The notes under the pieces are model-generated. The model was given only the letters and a program-made list of their open reading frames with translations. It ran no database searches and was not told where the DNA came from. A stretch of 64,000 bases of DNA from Entomortierella parvispora E1425 (lineage: Eukaryota > Fungi > Mortierellomycota), in contig BQFW01000002.1 in NCBI GenBank assembly GCA_020891255.1, forward strand, positions 3,928,395-3,992,394, given 5' to 3'. The translations under genes were made by a program, and so were the position numbers. Shown here one piece after another: positions 47,421-60,333 of this stretch (position 1 is the first letter of the stretch; each line of letters begins with the position of its first letter).

Positions 47421-48589
47421 GATATTGTGAATTGTAGGCGCGGCAGAAGGAGGAAAAGCTGAAATGACAGTAAGAGATTATTGCAAAAAAAAAAAAAAAG
47501 TCATTTATATCCTACTCTCATTTGAAAAAAACGAGCTGGGGGTGCTTGTGCATAGAGGATCCCAAGAGTCCAGGGCCGAAGAGCCATCTCGCTAGCGACA
47601 TTCTTTCCATGTCTTGTCTCCCCTAGTCCTCTAAGCTGGAATCGAGCCCAATGACCTCCTCGGACATGACGGTCTATCTTCTGTTCACGAGTCCCGACAG
47701 GAATGGGCGTTTCTTTACACGCTCGTTTAGTTGACGTACGAAGGAATCGGAATGGATAACTAGAAAAACAAACAAAGGACTGGATCATGTTGCGATATGT
47801 GAAGTTCAATGATCTCGCCAAGTCGTTTGGTTTGATGCCCTGTACTCTTGCGCACATCAAGGGGCACTTGGCGCGACAAGAAAAAAAAATCGTGCCCTTT
47901 TTGACAAAATGGAAAAAAAGCAGGGGATTCGATCACGTACCGCAGACTCAACGCAACCCCTTGTGCTGGTGGGCTCGATCATTTCCCTTTATGATGAGTG
48001 GCAATCGGCGTAGAACGAAAAGCACAACTGCTGTTATTGCAATTGCACGTTCTGACATGCGCGAGCTTCTCGCCCTCCGTTTTCCGCTTTCGTGCTTCTT
48101 TTTTTTCCCACACATCCACCGATTGTCTGTGCTTTTCTTTCTCTGCCAAGTCGGCAGGGGTAACAGCATGATGTGCTCATGAAGTGTAGGTCCTCTATTG
48201 GGTCAGAATTAGCCATTTTAATAGAGGCAGCCCGCCATCCCACATCAGCGATTCTCGGGAAGTTGGTCGACTTGAGAAGAAGGTGAAGAGAAAGTGGAAT
48301 CATTCCGGAGCACTGCAGTGGTGACGGGAAATCAGAGCAGCAGTATAGATCCGAGAGTATCACCGTGAGGGCAAACCAAGCCATCGGAGCATTTGAACCC
48401 TGTTGCTGTTCTTGAGTACTCTATTTCCATTATTCAATCCTTCCCTGCAATGCACATCAAATCCCTATTGTTTCATCCCAAGTATTGTTTATTATTGCAG
48501 GCAAGTTGCAAAAAAAAAAAAAAAAAAAAAAAATTCAAGTGCTTCTAACAGCATCAGGTTTTGTGAGTACTCCTGGCCTTCAATCATCT

Positions 48590-49480
48590 CACTCCAAACT
48601 TAATACTTGAAGCACTCGGGGTCTTAAGCTGGGCACGATTTGTGAGGTTGATTGTCGTGACTGATGTCGACACCATGGTCGTTCGTTGATTTTTGTAGAC
48701 CAAGCTGTCCCGGGCTTTCTCTGCACAGGAGGAAACCCCAGTTTCTCGAGCATCAGTACCTGAATCTGTGATCTTGACAACAAAAAGATCGGGTCCAGAC
48801 TTTACGTGCCCCTAGAAATGAAAACGATTGCAGGAGATCCCAAGTGTACAGAATCATGGCCCTGGAGTTGTCCTCATGACTTCGTCCTTGGTGGTTTTCA
48901 TCAGACCTCCCATCCAATGATCTCTAGTGCCGCCATGAACCAGTGTATCGATCACAGTGGCATGCACCCTTGAATCCTCGAATATGACCAAGCGCGACGC
49001 CCACTGAGCTTTCCTTTGTGTATTATAAATCCGCTCCCGAAGATGAATGACGTTGTCAAAATCTTCAATATGTCCCTGACGACTTTGAATCATCGAACCG
49101 CGCTGGATCTGCAGCATCCGTTGAGTTTAACATGGAGACACCTAAGAAAAAACTCTTTATCGATGGCGTTGGTGAGAGAGTCCGCCGTGATCACTGGGTC
49201 CATGACGTTTTGATGCGGTTTCTTCGATGTAATCGGGTCGTCAGTCGGTTGCGATGGGGAAGGATTGGCCACGAGAGTTGCAGTGGAGCTTGCTGAGTTT
49301 GTCCTCAAACTTCAATATTATCGCACAATAGCACTTCAACATTGCCATAAGCAGGGAGAACTGGGGCACGTGAAGGTCGGGAGGTCTGTCAGCATTGAGT
49401 TTCTGAAATCGATGATGGGTGCTGCCTTCCTTGCTCCCTACAAAGGTTGCCACTTGTCTTGGCGAAGACTCAATGTCGAT
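48590..49480 (-). pseudogene. Decayed coding-like fragments, family not identified
   Basis: Several collinear, protein-like minus-strand ORF pieces broken by stops and frameshifts (49241-49483, 49090-49308, 48854-49117, 48589-48783). Confidence 0.25.
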
Positions 49481-52199
49481 CAACAGGGCACTTCATGGAA
49501 TCGCCCTCCTCGAAGCAAAGCAGTTTTTTGGGCAAACACACTGCCAGCAGTAACAACAAGACGTCGAAGAGAAAAGGAGCGTGGTCTAGGAGCACAGCAA
49601 TGTGATGGCAAAGGGGAGAAAGAATGATGAAGAGGGGATGAACGAAAGAAATGCGGTGCTTGCAGCATGTCCCTTCTGACGGACCTGACAAGATGGCACT
49701 CTGGGATTGCTCCAGCTGTTGTTGTCAAGCTGAGGATGGAACAGCATCATCGGAGGGTAAAGGTAAAGGCAAGGGACAAAGCCATAACAGGCGGAAATAA
49801 CGCGAGAATCAGCGAGGAGGAGGAGGAGCTGGAGGGGTGCAAGGAGAATGATTCCATGCAAAAAAAGACCTTGCTCTCCTCTCTGGTGGCTTGGCACCTC
49901 GGCCGCGCGCCTGTCGCGCTTGCTTTTTCGCGTCGATGCAATCCATCTTCTTGAAATCGCGACGCCATCCCACGACCAACAGGATGAACTGTAGTTGGCT
50001 CAAGCAAACGGAGCGGTATCGACCAATCGCATCCAAAGTGCAGTGGACATGTGTGGCAAAACAAGAACGGCGAATGAAGGTAAACCTTGTACGTCTTTGT
50101 TCACATGCAGCAGCCCATCCAGAACCGAATGGAGCACACACACAACAGCCTGTCTGAAAAAACACTGCTAGGTTGGTTTTGACTTTTCTTTGTCCGACCT
50201 CCAATCGACTTGTTCTCCAGGAGCATTCCTTGCATCCTGTCTGAGACGAAGCACCGGTTCGTCCATGCAGAGGGGAGGAAGCAGTTGAAGAGCATATGAG
50301 CTTTTCAAGGAGGAGAGGTATTCCACGTTGGCTTGCGCATGCATGGTCTGGTTTGTGGGCTGGCCACAAAAGTTGCATCTTGCTCATCTAATTCCTTGAA
50401 TTATCATCCTCTTGTCCAGCTTCCCTCCCTACACTCGAGAAAATGACGGGCAGTGGCAGTGGCAGTTTGAGATTGTAGATCTTGAAGTAAGTTTTGAGCA
50501 GGCACACAACGGGACATGACAACTGCTTCCTGTTCTCACTCTACACTTTTATATCATGTCATAATAACTCTAGCTCCTCAACAAGCCCTTGAACCAACAT
50601 CGACGACGACAACCTTCAGGAGGTTTGGGCTTGCTTTGGTACGGAAAAAGGCAAAGTCCAGCAACTACTGATTGTTGATATTTGACGGAGGCGATGTGCG
50701 GCCCTGCCGATGCTTCTGAAGGAGCGATTGGATCCAGGAAGCATGTGTCCAACATGGCGACACATCGTGAGAAACCGATACTGGCGATGACCTGACCCAT
50801 CATTCCATACTAATGATGGTGCTTATTTTTATCCTATGATGGTGAAATAGAGGATGGCAAGTGGACTTCAGTGTGCTTCATCTGGACGGGGAGCGAGCCA
50901 TTTGTGCATGTCGACAATCATAACAGGGGTTTGGCCAAGGATATTGAAACTGGAGCTACATCAGCATCAACGACCGGATTGCCATTGCGGGAAACATATC
51001 ACAACTCTGACCTTGAAATGCCCAGGTCGTCACCAAGGCTACCATCCGTGGCACGGTTTGATGTCTATCAAGAGAAACAGTATCATTCACCCTAGCTGGA
51101 CCCTGAAGGAGGCACGACTGCGAGAACAACCCCCTCTTCAAATCAGCCGCAGGTCCAAGTAAGTTATATGCTATTTTCCAGCAATGGGAAACAATACCAG
51201 GATATCTCCACCTAGCCTCTCCACCACCACCAAGGGATGTTAAACTCTTACTCAACTGGACTAGCACATGAGATCATGGACGCCGATATCTATGGGTCCT
51301 ATTCTCTCCCTGTACCAACATTTGCCCCAAAGAAATACTTGCGCCGGCTGTCTCCGCTTCACCCGGAATTCTCACAAGGACTTTGGACGAGGACAAGAGC
51401 AAGAGTGCCGATTTGATTAACAGATGCGGGGTGAATTCCGAAGATCTCTTTGAAGAGCCTCTCCCCCCAGGTTGCTTCTAGGAGAAAGTCTGTCTTCTCA
51501 ATAGACGTTGTTTTCCTGTTGCCTCTGTTGGGACTGATGTTCAGATCGAGGGCGGTCAGAGCTCGCCGATGTTATTCTCTCTTCTCTCTCTCCTCCGTTT
51601 CAGGAATGATCCGAAGATCTTGGGAAGAGCACTTTGTAGCTGCTGGCGTTTAAAAAAAAAAACCCCCCCCGATCAGGGTAAAAACCCAAGGACCCCTCGC
51701 ATGGTGTTTTTTGTTTGTTGTTCGCAAGGGCTGATCGTTCCTGAGCTGTCCCATCTTGTTCATTTCGTCTTCCCTCTTGTTCCTCTCTTCTTGCTCTTCT
51801 CCTCTGTCAATCCCCAAGATCTGTCCCTACTGTGATCCACTCCTTTGCTTTCTCGGTCACTAGGCTTGAGAACTTGATGTTGCATTGGCAGGGTGCAGTA
51901 TTTATTATTACAAGTCGAGAAAGGCTCCAGTAGCGCTGAATCAGCTAAAAGCTTGGCTGAACAATGCAAACATCAAGCCTGCCGGAGCATCAGTTTCTGG
52001 ATCTGTGCGCCCTACTATGAAAGTAAGATCGGAGCGAGACTCGTATACCTTAGGAAAGCGTGGCGGCAAAATAGCTCCGTCGTTCCCAAAATCATGACAG
52101 AAATGAACATTCATAATCTGTCCCAAGCTCATGACTTCAATCCTGGAAGTCCGTACCGTGCAAATCCAATGATATTTGATTTGCGAGGGACATCTCTTG

Positions 52200-54100
52200 T
52201 AGATGCATCGCGCCGTTGAAGATGTCTTTTGAGATGACCTTGTCATGGAGTATCCCTTTCCAGTTTGCTGATATAATTCAATCCCGATTCCACCTACGAG
52301 CAGCCTCCCGAGAACATGTTGCATATATGTAACGCTGGTGCCAAGCCGAAAGTACTCAGGATCCGTTCTCCAAAAAAAAAAAAAAAGAGGTCTGCTACCA
52401 TGAGCATGACCACCCATAGATAACTTACTGAGTAGCCTGAGTCCATGCATCCTCGAATCAGGTCAAATGCAACCGCCACCTACTCCAGGATCCCTTCCTT
52501 CTACGTCCAGCGCCCGCCCTGAATGATAGAAGCCAATATGTCCTTGATACGTTGGAATCGGTCGAGGGCGAGCACCGACAAGTTTGGCACGGAGGTCATC
52601 GTGGGTGAGTTCCTAGTCAATAGTGCTAACTGGGATAAATCTGTTGTCATTCGATACATAAAGTCGTTGAGGTGCTTCGTCCACGTCGTCAGATTGTTGT
52701 TCCAAAGCAAGTCTTCATTAATATATACGATGGGCGGATTGGCGACGCAAGTCGCAACAGAGCCTTTGACCACATCCTGATGAAGAAGACTAGCGAGCCA
52801 AGCCCTTGCTCTCAAGTCCAGTGCTTGATCCCGATCCAACAGATTTTGTTTTTCGTGCATCCGGAAAGTTTGCTGGCAGTCTTTGTAGTATCAAGTTCAT
52901 TTGCTGAAAAATTGGTACCTGATGAAGAGCCACTAGACCATTCCAGCTCATAGTAGCTCAATCCCGCGTGTCATGGTATGGATGCGAATCTTGACCTCGT
53001 CCTACAGTGTTGAAGCTCGCTGGAGTTTGTGGAGTTAAACCAGTATGGGCGGAATGGTTGTATGGTCCATGTTGAGGCAGTCCATCGGGAGCCTTCCCAG
53101 CACTTGAACATCATCCAGAATCAAAATAAACCTGGCCATGCTTGTAGTGCACGTTCAAGAAGTCGCCTTAGTGTCTCTTTCATGCAAGTCCACGCATAGG
53201 GTTGGTGATATTGAGGTTCCAAGAGTCGGAAGCCATGAGCCACCAGTCTGACATCCTTGAAAAGGCCCCCAAGCACATACAGGAAGGGTGGTGCTGCCTT
53301 GCAGGAGTATATCCACCTTCTGCAGGAGAGCGAGGGCGAATCTGGTGGAATCTCACTCTGTACTCCAGAATCAGAAGCCGCATACAGAAGGCCGAATGTC
53401 AAATCTCGCACGCGGTCTGTGATTTGCTGTTTGTTGTTCGTTGAATGGATGTTTGGGGTTATCTGACAACGCCCGTACAACGCAAGCATGTCGTTCGATC
53501 TGGGATCCTTCTTATCCGCTTTGACGTAAAGGCCACATGTTTTCAGCTGCATCTCGGGACGTTGATGGACCCACGGATAGTTGGTGAGGATGTCATCTGC
53601 GCCACTTGTTGAGTTTCTAGAACGTGCAGATTTTGGCAAGCCAGAAACAATGGCGGTGGAACTTCTTCAGCCATCACTTGTCCGCGCTTCCCTGCTCCTG
53701 AGATCCTGCTCCCGAGATCCTGCCCCATGCGATAAGTCCTGTTCCTATGGTGGTCAATGCGACTATTTTGAAGAGATGAGTAAAACGGTAATAGACGCAG
53801 CTGTGAAGGGCACGCGCGATTAACTTACCAGGTACATCTGAGTATAGAGAAGGGGAAGTGGGGAGACCTTGGAGAGAGATGAGCAGATACTGGAGTATGG
53901 ACATCGGACTCAGCGCTGCCGCCACGGTTACGTTGACGCCCTGATACCCAACCATTACACCTAGAAGCAAGAGTAGTTTGTATGAGCGCACGTACAAGGG
54001 TTTTCGCAGCATTAACGAAAAACGCAGACATTACCTGATGCTGGTCCTTCGGCAATGAAGTCGGTGTGGTCATCGAGATTCTCGGGAAACAATGGTCCGT
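52200..54100 (-). pseudogene. Heavily frameshifted pseudogene loosely resembling Crinkler-type/P-loop proteins of early-diverging fungi
   Basis: Collinear pieces in alternating frames: FFVNAAKT, RLLILEYR, WILLQ...FKDV, FILILDDVQV...PPILV, RARAWLASLL. The resemblance is from memory only. Confidence 0.3.
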
Positions 54101-57100
54101 TTGTTCTGCTTGGTCTTCACTTCAAGGCGTTGATCATTTCGACTGAGTCCTGATTGGCATCCGGATTGGAAACGCACCAGAGGAAAGGTATGTGTGTTCG
54201 AGGTTTGCAAGTCTGTTGATTTTCTTGACGTTGATTGAAACGTTGAGGTACCAATTGTAATGGCAGAGTGCAATGTCGACAGGTTTGGGCTTTCCATGAA
54301 ACAAAGCAGCATGTTGCGCGTGTCTCTGAGATGAAGAAACACCGCAAGCACCGCAAGGGGGAAAATGAAATGTAGGCTCGAGATGAGAAAAGTAGGAGCT
54401 AGGAAACAGCGTCGAGACGGGAATGGCGTGGAAGAAGGAGGACCAAGAGGATGATGTGTGGGTCTCCGATGTTTGTTGGAAGGAGACGGAAGGAGGCATC
54501 AGAAGCAAGCATGGTGCCAGCTGCTGTCGTTATTTCCTACTCTGCAGGGAAATAAAGAGACCATGCCTGCCTGGACCGGCACTTACTTTTTTTTTTTTGT
54601 GGGTTCAGCATCGACCTTTGTCTTTCTCGCTCCCCTCTACATCCTTGAATCCCGCTTCATGGACTACCGCGATAGATATCGATAGACCATCCCGCCTGGC
54701 TGACTGACTGAAGAACAATGATGACAAGATATGGCCATTGAGGTCACGGTTGACCATGCCTTTGCACTTCCTTCTCCTTGATAATCGCCAGACACCACGC
54801 CACTCCAGCAGAATGCAGGGCCATCTGGAAACAAAAGAAGCTGAAAGTTGGCCATAATGTCAACGCCTCAGAGCTGGTTGTAGACCCGACAGTCAAAAGC
54901 AACACTTGCAAGTACGCGTGAAATCCACCAAGTGCAGAAAAAAGAAATGAGAAAATGGCTATCATGGATCGACCTTGAAAAGGCTGCCTTGATCTCATGA
55001 TCCGTGTCGCAATATCGGCGATGTATGTCCCTGCCCCTTCTCGAACCACCAGGAACTTGGATCGAACTTGGCATGCATTTCCGTTGTAAGATTGTTATTG
55101 TCTCTCAGAAATATCGACTCTCCTTCGTCAGGTCCAGCTTGTTATTATTACCTGCCGGATGATGAGTCACTTTCCCCTAGTTCGCTTTGATTCAACAGTA
55201 GGCCTGTACATCCTACACCACACAATTGTATGTGGCTCCTTACCTTGTCCTCCAGTCTGCAATTCATAATAAACCATGCCTTTCGGCCCTTTTCGTATTC
55301 TTGCCCTGTCTGGTCGTGACAACGACTCTTTGTCTCCTCGAGAAGTCCTGGCTCATGACTTGTCTCCCTTGCACTTCAGATAAGTCATGGGAAAAGCAAA
55401 TCGAAACAAAGTCAAGTCGTGTCAGCTTTCTTCTCATGTATCGCTCTCCTCCCAATCCTTTCTTGCCTTTGTCTTTCCCTTCGTTTCATTTTTCTTCCAT
55501 CTTGCCTCTTGCATTCCACTCGGCCGCCAACTAAGTGGATATATGAACTACATACCCATTGATTGAGCCAGGTTCGGCTGCTTGTCTTCTGTTTATAGTC
55601 CTGATTGTTGATGTGGCGCGTTTCGCGTGGAGCCCATCTCTTCTGTTGATAGACTGCCAAACCAAAATGTTCCTCTACATTGTCCTCTTCTAGCTTTCGT
55701 GGCCTCTTTCTCTGTTGGAGCACCACTGCCTAAACCAAGATCGTTTCATCTTGAGGTAGGCGAGTGCCATAAGCAGGGCAAGGACAGTGAGGAGCCGAAA
55801 AATACACGATCCTGTGCTGCGGTTATCTGCTCTTGCGGGACAGATCAATCTCATTTAGAAGAAAAAGCGGAGGAACTGCCTTTTGCGATTACCTGCTGAG
55901 AAGGCGTCGGAGCGAGGAAGTTCCACGAGACTCGAAAGAAATAGTTGTTCTTTTGATGTACCTCTCTGTCGAAGCCTTCATCTTTCTTGCCTAGTGAGAG
56001 GATAGCCTGCTCAGTTGTCTTTGTCGTGCGTGCCCTTCTCTTCAATCCCTGGATCACTGAGGGAAGCAGCACAGATACATGTCAAATGGTAGGGTGCGAT
56101 CGATGGGTGAACGCGCAGGAAGAGGCTGTGGAGGTAGATTCAGAGCATTCGTTCATGGTCGGATTAATGGAGACCCACTTGTCCTTGACTTGGAGCCCTA
56201 TTCCCAGTGGCACCTGTGGAAACCGGACGCGGAATCCAAAAAAAAAAAAAAAAAAAAAAAATCGCGTCTTGACGCGCTTTCCTCTCCGCCAGAGCACAAC
56301 AAACCGAAGGGACTTCGAGGAAGAGGTCGCACCATCCACTGTGACAACCCTCGCACCGTGCCTGCATCGAGATGCACATGTCCATCCAAGATCTAAAGAA
56401 GGAGCAATCTTGGAGAAGCACTTTGCGGCCGCCGGCACAAAAAAAAAGTCAGTGACTCTTCACCGTGTTGTCGTTTGTTGTCCGCATCGCATGGACTGAT
56501 CGTTCCTGAACTCTCTTGCCCTTCTCTTCTCTTTCCTCTTGTCCCTATCTTCTCTTCCCTTCCATTCCCTCTCGACAATTATCCCAAGACCATTGTAGAG
56601 GGGGAGAAATGCGCGTTGTAGTTTGTTGCCGTTGGGACTGAACTAGTCTCTTTTTCTCTCCCTTCCCTCCATCTCTCTTTGTCTCTTACCTTCCTAGGCT
56701 TGCCATCTCGTCTCTTCCATGCCTCTCATCTCTTCCATACCTCCTCTTCCATTTACAGCATTCCGTCATGCCGGACAGATGGGTGCTGACCCGACCTTGA
56801 CTTGTTGGAAACAAATGCCCTTCAGCTCCAGCAGCAGAGGAAACTTCAAAAAAAAAAGGGGACAAATGTCCTCATGTTCTGACAAGTCGATCCAGGCCAT
56901 TCCCTGCGGCGCGACAACGAAGAGAAGTGGAAGAAGATATTGCGCTGCCGACTGTGGCATCTATCTCCGCATCAGAGTGGACATGTCCATCCAAGGGAGA
57001 AGTAATTCTTGGAGGAGCAGTTTACAGCTTCTGGCGAGAAAAAAAAAACCAAGAACCCTGCCCCTTTTTTGTTTGTTGTCGCATGGACTGATCGTTTTTC

Positions 57101-57385
57101 TCTCCTTTCTGCTCTCCTCCTCTTTCGGAACTCGCTATCTTCCCTGTTGCTTCTCTCTTCTCTTCTCTCTTGCTCGTCTCTTCTTCCGCCTTGTCCCTCT
57201 CCTCTTTTCCCTCTTTCTCTTCTCTTCTCTTCCGTCTTGTTCCTCTCGTGTCTTCCCTCTCTTCTCTTCTTTCTTGCTCCACCGTTTTCTTCCTCTTATT
57301 TTCCTTTGCTGATGTCTTCTTTTCTCTTGAACTTGTCAACTGTCCCTTTCTTCTTCTCTCTCCCTTCTTTCTCGTCTTCTCTTCT

Positions 57386-57530
57386 CTCTTGTTCGTCAGA
57401 CTTGATCGTCTCTCGTCTTCTCGTCTCTCTTGTTCGTCAGTCTTGATCGTCTCTCGTCTTCTCGTCTCTCTTGTTCGTCAGTCTTGATCGTCTCTCGTCT
57501 TCTCGTCTCTCTTGTTCGTCAGTCTTGATC
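57386..57530. repeat. 41-bp CT-rich tandem repeat, ~3.5 copies
   Basis: GTTCGTCA recurs at 57391, 57432, 57473 and 57514. Confidence 0.9.
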
Positions 57531-57950
57531 ATTTCTTGTCTTCACTCTCGCACTTTTTGGTCGCACGATGTGAGTTTCGTGCTCGTCCACCCTTCCTCGG
57601 GATGACAGCGCAGAAAAAAAAAAAAGCACAAAAGGGACCCGCATGGACTGATCGCACCGGGGTCCTCTTCTCCTCCCTCTTGTTCCTCCTCCCTCTTGTT
57701 CCTCCTCTTCTCCTCCCTCTTGTTCCTCCTCTTCTCCTCCCTCTTGTCCCTCCTCTTCTCTTTCCTCCTGTCCTCTTCCCTCCCAAGACCAATGTTCTTT
57801 TGGATGGGGCCAGTGCAGCCTCCATTTGTCAAAAAAAAAAGGCCGAGGGGGAAACGGGCGGTTGTTGTTTGTTGGATGGAGCGTCCCTGACCTTGTGTCT
57901 TTTTCTCCCGTCTTCTCTAGCCATCTCAACCCATCCTCCTTTCATCCCCC

Positions 57951-58198
57951 TCGTCTCTTGCATTCATCTCGTCCCTTGCATTCATCTCGTCCCTTGCATT
58001 CATCTCGTCCCTTGCATTCATCTCGTCCTTTGCATCCATCTAATCCCTTGCATTCATCTCGTCCTTTGCATCCATCTCATCTCTTGCATCCATCTCGTCT
58101 CTTGCATTCATCTCGTCTCTTGCATCCATCTCATCTCTTGCATCCATCTCGTCTCTTGCATTCATCTCGTCTCTTGCATTCATCTTGTCTCTTGCATC
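57951..58198. repeat. 18-bp minisatellite (TCGTCTCTTGCATTCATC-like), ~13-14 copies
   Basis: Read directly; translates as CIHLVP/CIHLVS repeats. Confidence 0.93.
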
Positions 58199-58424
58199 GT
58201 TTGACCTTCTCGTCTCCTGCATTCCACAGTTCTTGCATCCCTCTCTCTTGTCTCTCTTTTTTTGCATCCCTTTCCTCTCATGTCTCTCGTCTCGATTCCT
58301 GCATCCTTCCTTTCTCCTCGACTCTTGCATCCATCCTTACCCTGTCCTCCCGTATCTAGCATCCGTCTTCTTTTTTGGATCTTTCGCCTCTTTTGCATCT
58401 CTCGTCTCCTGCCCTTTTCCTTTT

Positions 58425-58936
58425 TGTATCTCTCTTCTCTGTTGCATCTCTCTTCTCTGTTGCATCTCTCTTCTCTGTTGCATTTCTCTTCTCTATTGCA
58501 TCTCTCTTCTCTGCTGCATCTCTCTTCTCTGTTGCATCTCTCTTCTCTGTTGCATCTCTCTTCTCTGTTGCATCTCTCTTCTCTGCTGCATCTCTCTTCT
58601 CTGCTGCATCTCTCTTCTCTGTTGCATCTCTCTTCTCTATTGCATCTCTCTTCTCTGTTGCATCTCTCTTCTCTGTTGCATCTCTCTTCTCTGTTGCATC
58701 TCTCTTCTCTGTTGCATCTCTCTTCTCTGTTGCATCTCTCTTCTCTGTTGCATCTCTCTTCTCTGTTGCATCTCTTTTCTCTGCTGCATCTCTCTTCTCT
58801 GCTGCATCTCTCTTCTCTGCTGCATCTCTCTTCTTTGCTGCATCTCTCTTCTCTGCTGCATCTCTCTTCTTTGCTGCATCTCTCTTCTCTGCTGCATCTC
58901 TCTTCTTTGCTGCATCTCTCTTCTCTGTTGCATCTC
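58425..58936. repeat. 18-bp minisatellite (TGCATCTCTCTTCTCTGT/C), ~28 copies
   Basis: Read directly; open in several frames (REERCN, CCISLL, MQQRRE). Confidence 0.96.
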
Positions 58937-60193
58937 ATCTCGTGCATCCTTCTCCTCCCATGAATCGAGCTCACTTCTTTCACCTTTTGCGGCCGCCGTC
59001 TCAACCGACCCAATGCATCCAACTCGACTCTTACATCAAACATCAGCGGGTCTTTTGTGCCCCTGTCTTCGTTTTCGCTCTCTTCTTTTCGTGTTGACGC
59101 AAGGTTGGGCGTTTCCTCTCGCTTTCTCCTTCCTTTCTCACGCGTTGCTCGCTACTCCTTCCCTTTGTCGTCAACAACTTCTTTTACATCTAATCATACG
59201 GAGAAAGCTCATTCAATCTAGCCATGAACCAGACTGGACCTGCGACAAACGAGATTCATGTAGGAAACGTGGTGGTCATTAATTCAGGCGCGCACTTCTC
59301 AGGTAAGTCCTCTCTACCATCAACTGCTAGACTTCTCAGCCCCTCAGGTATAGCATGCAGTAGCGAGGAATGAGTCCGTTCCAGGGCAAAGTCACCGCAG
59401 TCTCATGTGTTTTGCGCCCTCGTCTCTGCCCTCTTGTTCCTACTTTTGTCTAGCGTGTACAACTTTTAATAAAAAAACTACGTGACAACTGCACGAGCTG
59501 ATGTTCTTGTCTGCATGCACGATGAGGAGAGTAAACACTGCAGACTTGGCTCTTTTTCCTTCTCGTACTTCATGAAATGCAGCCACGAATTGTCGTAAGT
59601 GGCTAGCTCTCGGCTCCTGTCACCACTTCACTCCTCCAACTTAGGAGAGAATTTTTTTTTCCAAAAAAAAAAGAAATCTAAGAACAGCAGTTACGCATCA
59701 ACCACCTTGTCAATCGCCAATTTTTTCTTCATGAATACAGTCCTTTGATGAATAGCCACCTCCCCATATGAAAATCACGTTGGTCGTCAACGTAGATATC
59801 AAGGAATAAGCGTTCGATTTTCACAAAAAAAGAGAATAAAAAATGCAATTGCCCAAGATCTACCTTATGGATTGACGATTTTGTTGGCTTGATAGAATAC
59901 TTATGAGGAGAGCTCTCTGATGCACCGTATCTCATATCTCTACGAAGGAAAAAAAGCACCTTGTTTTTATATCTTCAGAAAAGCAAGGCCGAAGCCGGAT
60001 TCGAACCTGGGAGAAAAAGTAAACAAAAGGATTTACCTAATAGTCCAGAAAGTCTAAGCCACCCTAATATCAGACATTTCCTTTTTAGGACAAAACAGAA
60101 AATGTATCGTACGGTCGGTCAGAATGGCGCAAACGATGCATAGACGCTCTAGGACGTTGTTAAACTGTTCAAATACGCGACTTTAGGGCGAAT

Positions 60194-60282
60194 AAACCCT
60201 AAATTAAGGTTTAGGGTTTTTTAGGGGTTTTTTAGGGTTTTTTAGGGGTTTTTAGGGGTTTTTTAGGGTTTTTTTAGGTTTT
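60194..60282 (+). repeat. Interstitial telomere-like tract (T5-7AG3-4)x7, preceded by an inverted AAACCCTAAA
   Basis: The A of each TAG falls at 60213, 60223, 60234, 60244, 60254, 60265 and 60276. AAACCCTAAA (60194-60203) and TTTAGGGTTT (60210-60219) form a perfect inverted pair. Confidence 0.85.
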
Positions 60283-60333
60283 AATTCTTTAATGGGGTAT
60301 GCCAGTCGGCTCAATGCTTGATGGTTTACGGGG

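Noticed and set aside
58185-59282. CCISLL, SSLLHL, ASLFSV and MQQRRE ORFs as separate proteins
   Set aside because: All are by-products of a stop-free 18-bp unit read in different frames.
59985-60015. GGTTCGAATCC (- strand) as a tRNA gene
   Set aside because: The T-stem is mismatched and I found no D-arm, anticodon arm or acceptor stem; at most an isolated B-box.
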